A stretch of DNA of 64,000 bases from Dehalococcoidia bacterium (lineage in GTDB: Bacteria > Chloroflexota > Dehalococcoidia > Lucifugimonadales > UBA3495): the NCBI GenBank assembly GCA_965219925.1, contig OZ244795.1, positions 4,165,049 to 4,229,048 of the forward strand, in the 5' to 3' direction. The position numbers and the translations under genes are program-made. Of the stretch, positions 62,527 to 64,000 are shown piece after piece (positions within the stretch are counted from its first letter, which is position 1; the number at the start of each line of letters is the position of its first letter). Below the pieces are notes generated by a model, which was not told where the DNA came from, did no database searches, and worked only from the letters and a program-made list of their open reading frames with translations.

Positions 62527-63429
62527 ATGCAAGTTGGCGCAATATTTCCCCAAACCGAGATTGGCCCCGACGCGGGCGCTATCCGCGAGTACGTGCAGGC
62601 CGTCGAGGATATGCAGTTCGACTACCTGTTCATCGCCGACCACGTTCTGGGAGCCGACCCGGCCCACCACGACCACGTCCGCGACCACTATTACACGCAC
62701 CACAGCGTGATCCACGAATCGTTGACGACGCTGGCATTCATCTCTGCCATCACCACCCGCGTCCGGCTGGTTACCGGTATCCTCATTTTGCCGCAGCGCC
62801 AGACCGCGTTGGTCGCCAAGCAGGCTGCCGAGATCGACGTCCTCAGCGGCGGACGCCTCACGCTGGGCATCGGTGTGGGCTGGAACCACGTGGAGTTTGA
62901 AGCGTTGGGCGAAGACTTCACCACCCGCGGCCGCCGCTCCGAGGAGCAGATTGACCTGATGCGAGCCCTGTGGACGCAGGAAGTAGTGGATTTCCAGGGG
63001 CAGTGGCATTCGGTACGATCCGCCGGCATCAACCCGTTGCCGGTTCAACGTCCCATTCCGGTCTGGTTTGGAGCGGGAGGAACCGCCGGGCCGGTGCCGC
63101 GGGACGTTGTGTTACGCCGCATCGCACGGATGGGGGACGGTTGGTTCCCCAGTTTCGGGCCGGATGACACCGCCCGCGCCGTGTTGGGCAAGATGGAAAC
63201 CTACATCGCCGAGGCCGGCAGGCAGTCCTCGGACGTCGGGTTGGCGGGCCGGCTCCGGATGCCGGGCAAATCTCCGGAGGAATGGCTGGCCGAAGCCGAA
63301 GGGTGGAGAGACCTGGGAGCCACCCACATCATGGCGGAAGCCCGCCGTGGCCCCCTCAGCTCGGTGGCCCAGCACATCGAGGCCATGCAGCAGTTTCGGG
63401 AGGTCATTCCCGTGGGCTGGGGCGGATAG
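62527..63429 (+). CDS. LLM-class F420-dependent oxidoreductase
   Basis: MQVGAIFPQTEIG...FDYLFIADHV...GRLTLGIGVGWNHVEFEALG. GGAGG RBS upstream. Confidence 0.85.
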   Translation: MQVGAIFPQTEIGPDAGAIREYVQAVEDMQFDYLFIADHVLGADPAHHDHVRDHYYTHHSVIHESLTTLAFISAITTRVRLVTGILILPQRQTALVAKQAAEIDVLSGGRLTLGIGVGWNHVEFEALGEDFTTRGRRSEEQIDLMRALWTQEVVDFQGQWHSVRSAGINPLPVQRPIPVWFGAGGTAGPVPRDVVLRRIARMGDGWFPSFGPDDTARAVLGKMETYIAEAGRQSSDVGLAGRLRMPGKSPEEWLAEAEGWRDLGATHIMAEARRGPLSSVAQHIEAMQQFREVIPVGWGG

Positions 63430-63448
63430 CATCCCCACCTGAACAAAG

Positions 63449-63485
63449 CCCCTCTGTAGGCGGGAGAGGGGTTGGGGTGAGGGGC
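63449..63485. repeat. inverted-orientation copy of the CCCTCACCCCAACCCCTCTCCC palindromic repeat
   Basis: cccctctgtaggcgggagaggggttggggtgagggg. Confidence 0.7.
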
Positions 63486-63489
63486 GTCT

Positions 63490-64000
63490 CTACCGGGAGC
63501 CGGTGGTATAGGCGGTCTCCCCCAGCGGGTGTGTGGCCCATTTGCCGGCCTCAACCGCGGTGAGGAAATCGGACACCAGCCGGTTGAACAGGGCCGGTTC
63601 CTCCAGGTTGATGGTATGGCCGCACTGGGGAAACAGCGCCAGCCCGCTGTTGGGGATCGCCCGCTTCATCATCACCGACGGTTCCAGACAGGGATCGTCC
63701 TCGTCGCCGGCCATAATTAGGGTCGGCACTTGCAGGGCATTCATTTGCGGGATGATCTGATCAACGGTGGGTCGCTTCAGCTGGACGCCGCGGAAGGTGT
63801 AGGCTGAGCCGCGGGCGTTGTGTCCCAGCAGCAGGCGCATGAACTCCTCGTAGCCCCTGGGGTCTTTCCGCTGCAACTGCACGCGGGTCGGCCCGCTGCC
63901 GTAATCGTTCATCACCGGGGGAGTGCCCTCGTCCAGCATACGGGCCGCCATCGCCTCGCCGCCGGTGCGGAATGCCTCGTTGTGGGTGGTGCCGGATCCG
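63490..64000 (-). CDS. alpha/beta-fold hydrolase, C-terminal part (5' end outside the window)
   Basis: VPTLIMAGDEDDPC and FPQCGHTINLEEPALFN. The frame stays open to the window edge. Confidence 0.7.
   Translation of the reverse strand, partial: GSGTTHNEAFRTGGEAMAARMLDEGTPPVMNDYGSGPTRVQLQRKDPRGYEEFMRLLLGHNARGSAYTFRGVQLKRPTVDQIIPQMNALQVPTLIMAGDEDDPCLEPSVMMKRAIPNSGLALFPQCGHTINLEEPALFNRLVSDFLTAVEAGKWATHPLGETAYTTGSR

Overview
High-GC bacterial chromosomal segment. The repeat families and gene content look like Chloroflexi, but that is an inference, not a database result. Core metabolic genes run throughout: two glutamine synthetases, an aconitase, nadB, three LLM-class oxidoreductases, a TPP enzyme, two MFS and two CDF transporters, and tRNA-Gly(CCC). 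These alternate with visibly lower-GC accessory patches. By hand count, the 60-nt line at 50701 has 24 G+C, against 44 G+C for the line at 48001. No rRNA genes or CRISPR arrays were seen.

Main accessory content:
1. An HK97-type particle gene set split into two blocks. Protease, capsid, connector and tail-like genes lie at 19.85-26.66 kb; a Zn-ribbon ORF, large terminase and portal lie at 36.3-39.4 kb. It has no integrase, lysis, replication or tape-measure genes, and host repeats fill its intergenic gaps.
2. Three low-GC islands with defence-like or unknown cargo:
   - 28.4-31.1 kb: AAA+ ATPase, a Cys-rich protein and a wHTH protein.
   - 42.6-46.2 kb: methyltransferase, membrane protein and DGQHR protein, the last two inactivated.
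   - 49.5-53.5 kb: two unknown soluble proteins, a 4-TM protein, an HNH nuclease and a truncated Vsr.
3. An OLD-like ATPase singleton at 59.7-61.4 kb.
4. A recurrent signature in which an insertion is flanked by diverged direct repeats of the 3' end of the neighbouring gene (tcuA-like, aspartyl protease, TPP enzyme, CDF/oxidoreductase).
5. A 152-bp MITE in two identical copies, an IS5-family element, a GxxExxY gene bounded by 30-bp inverted repeats, and several mosaic palindromic repeat families.
6. Four Uma2 genes, two hicBA pairs and one doc/RHH pair whose toxin carries a nonsense codon.

All functional calls rest on motifs read from the translations by eye. No searches were run.
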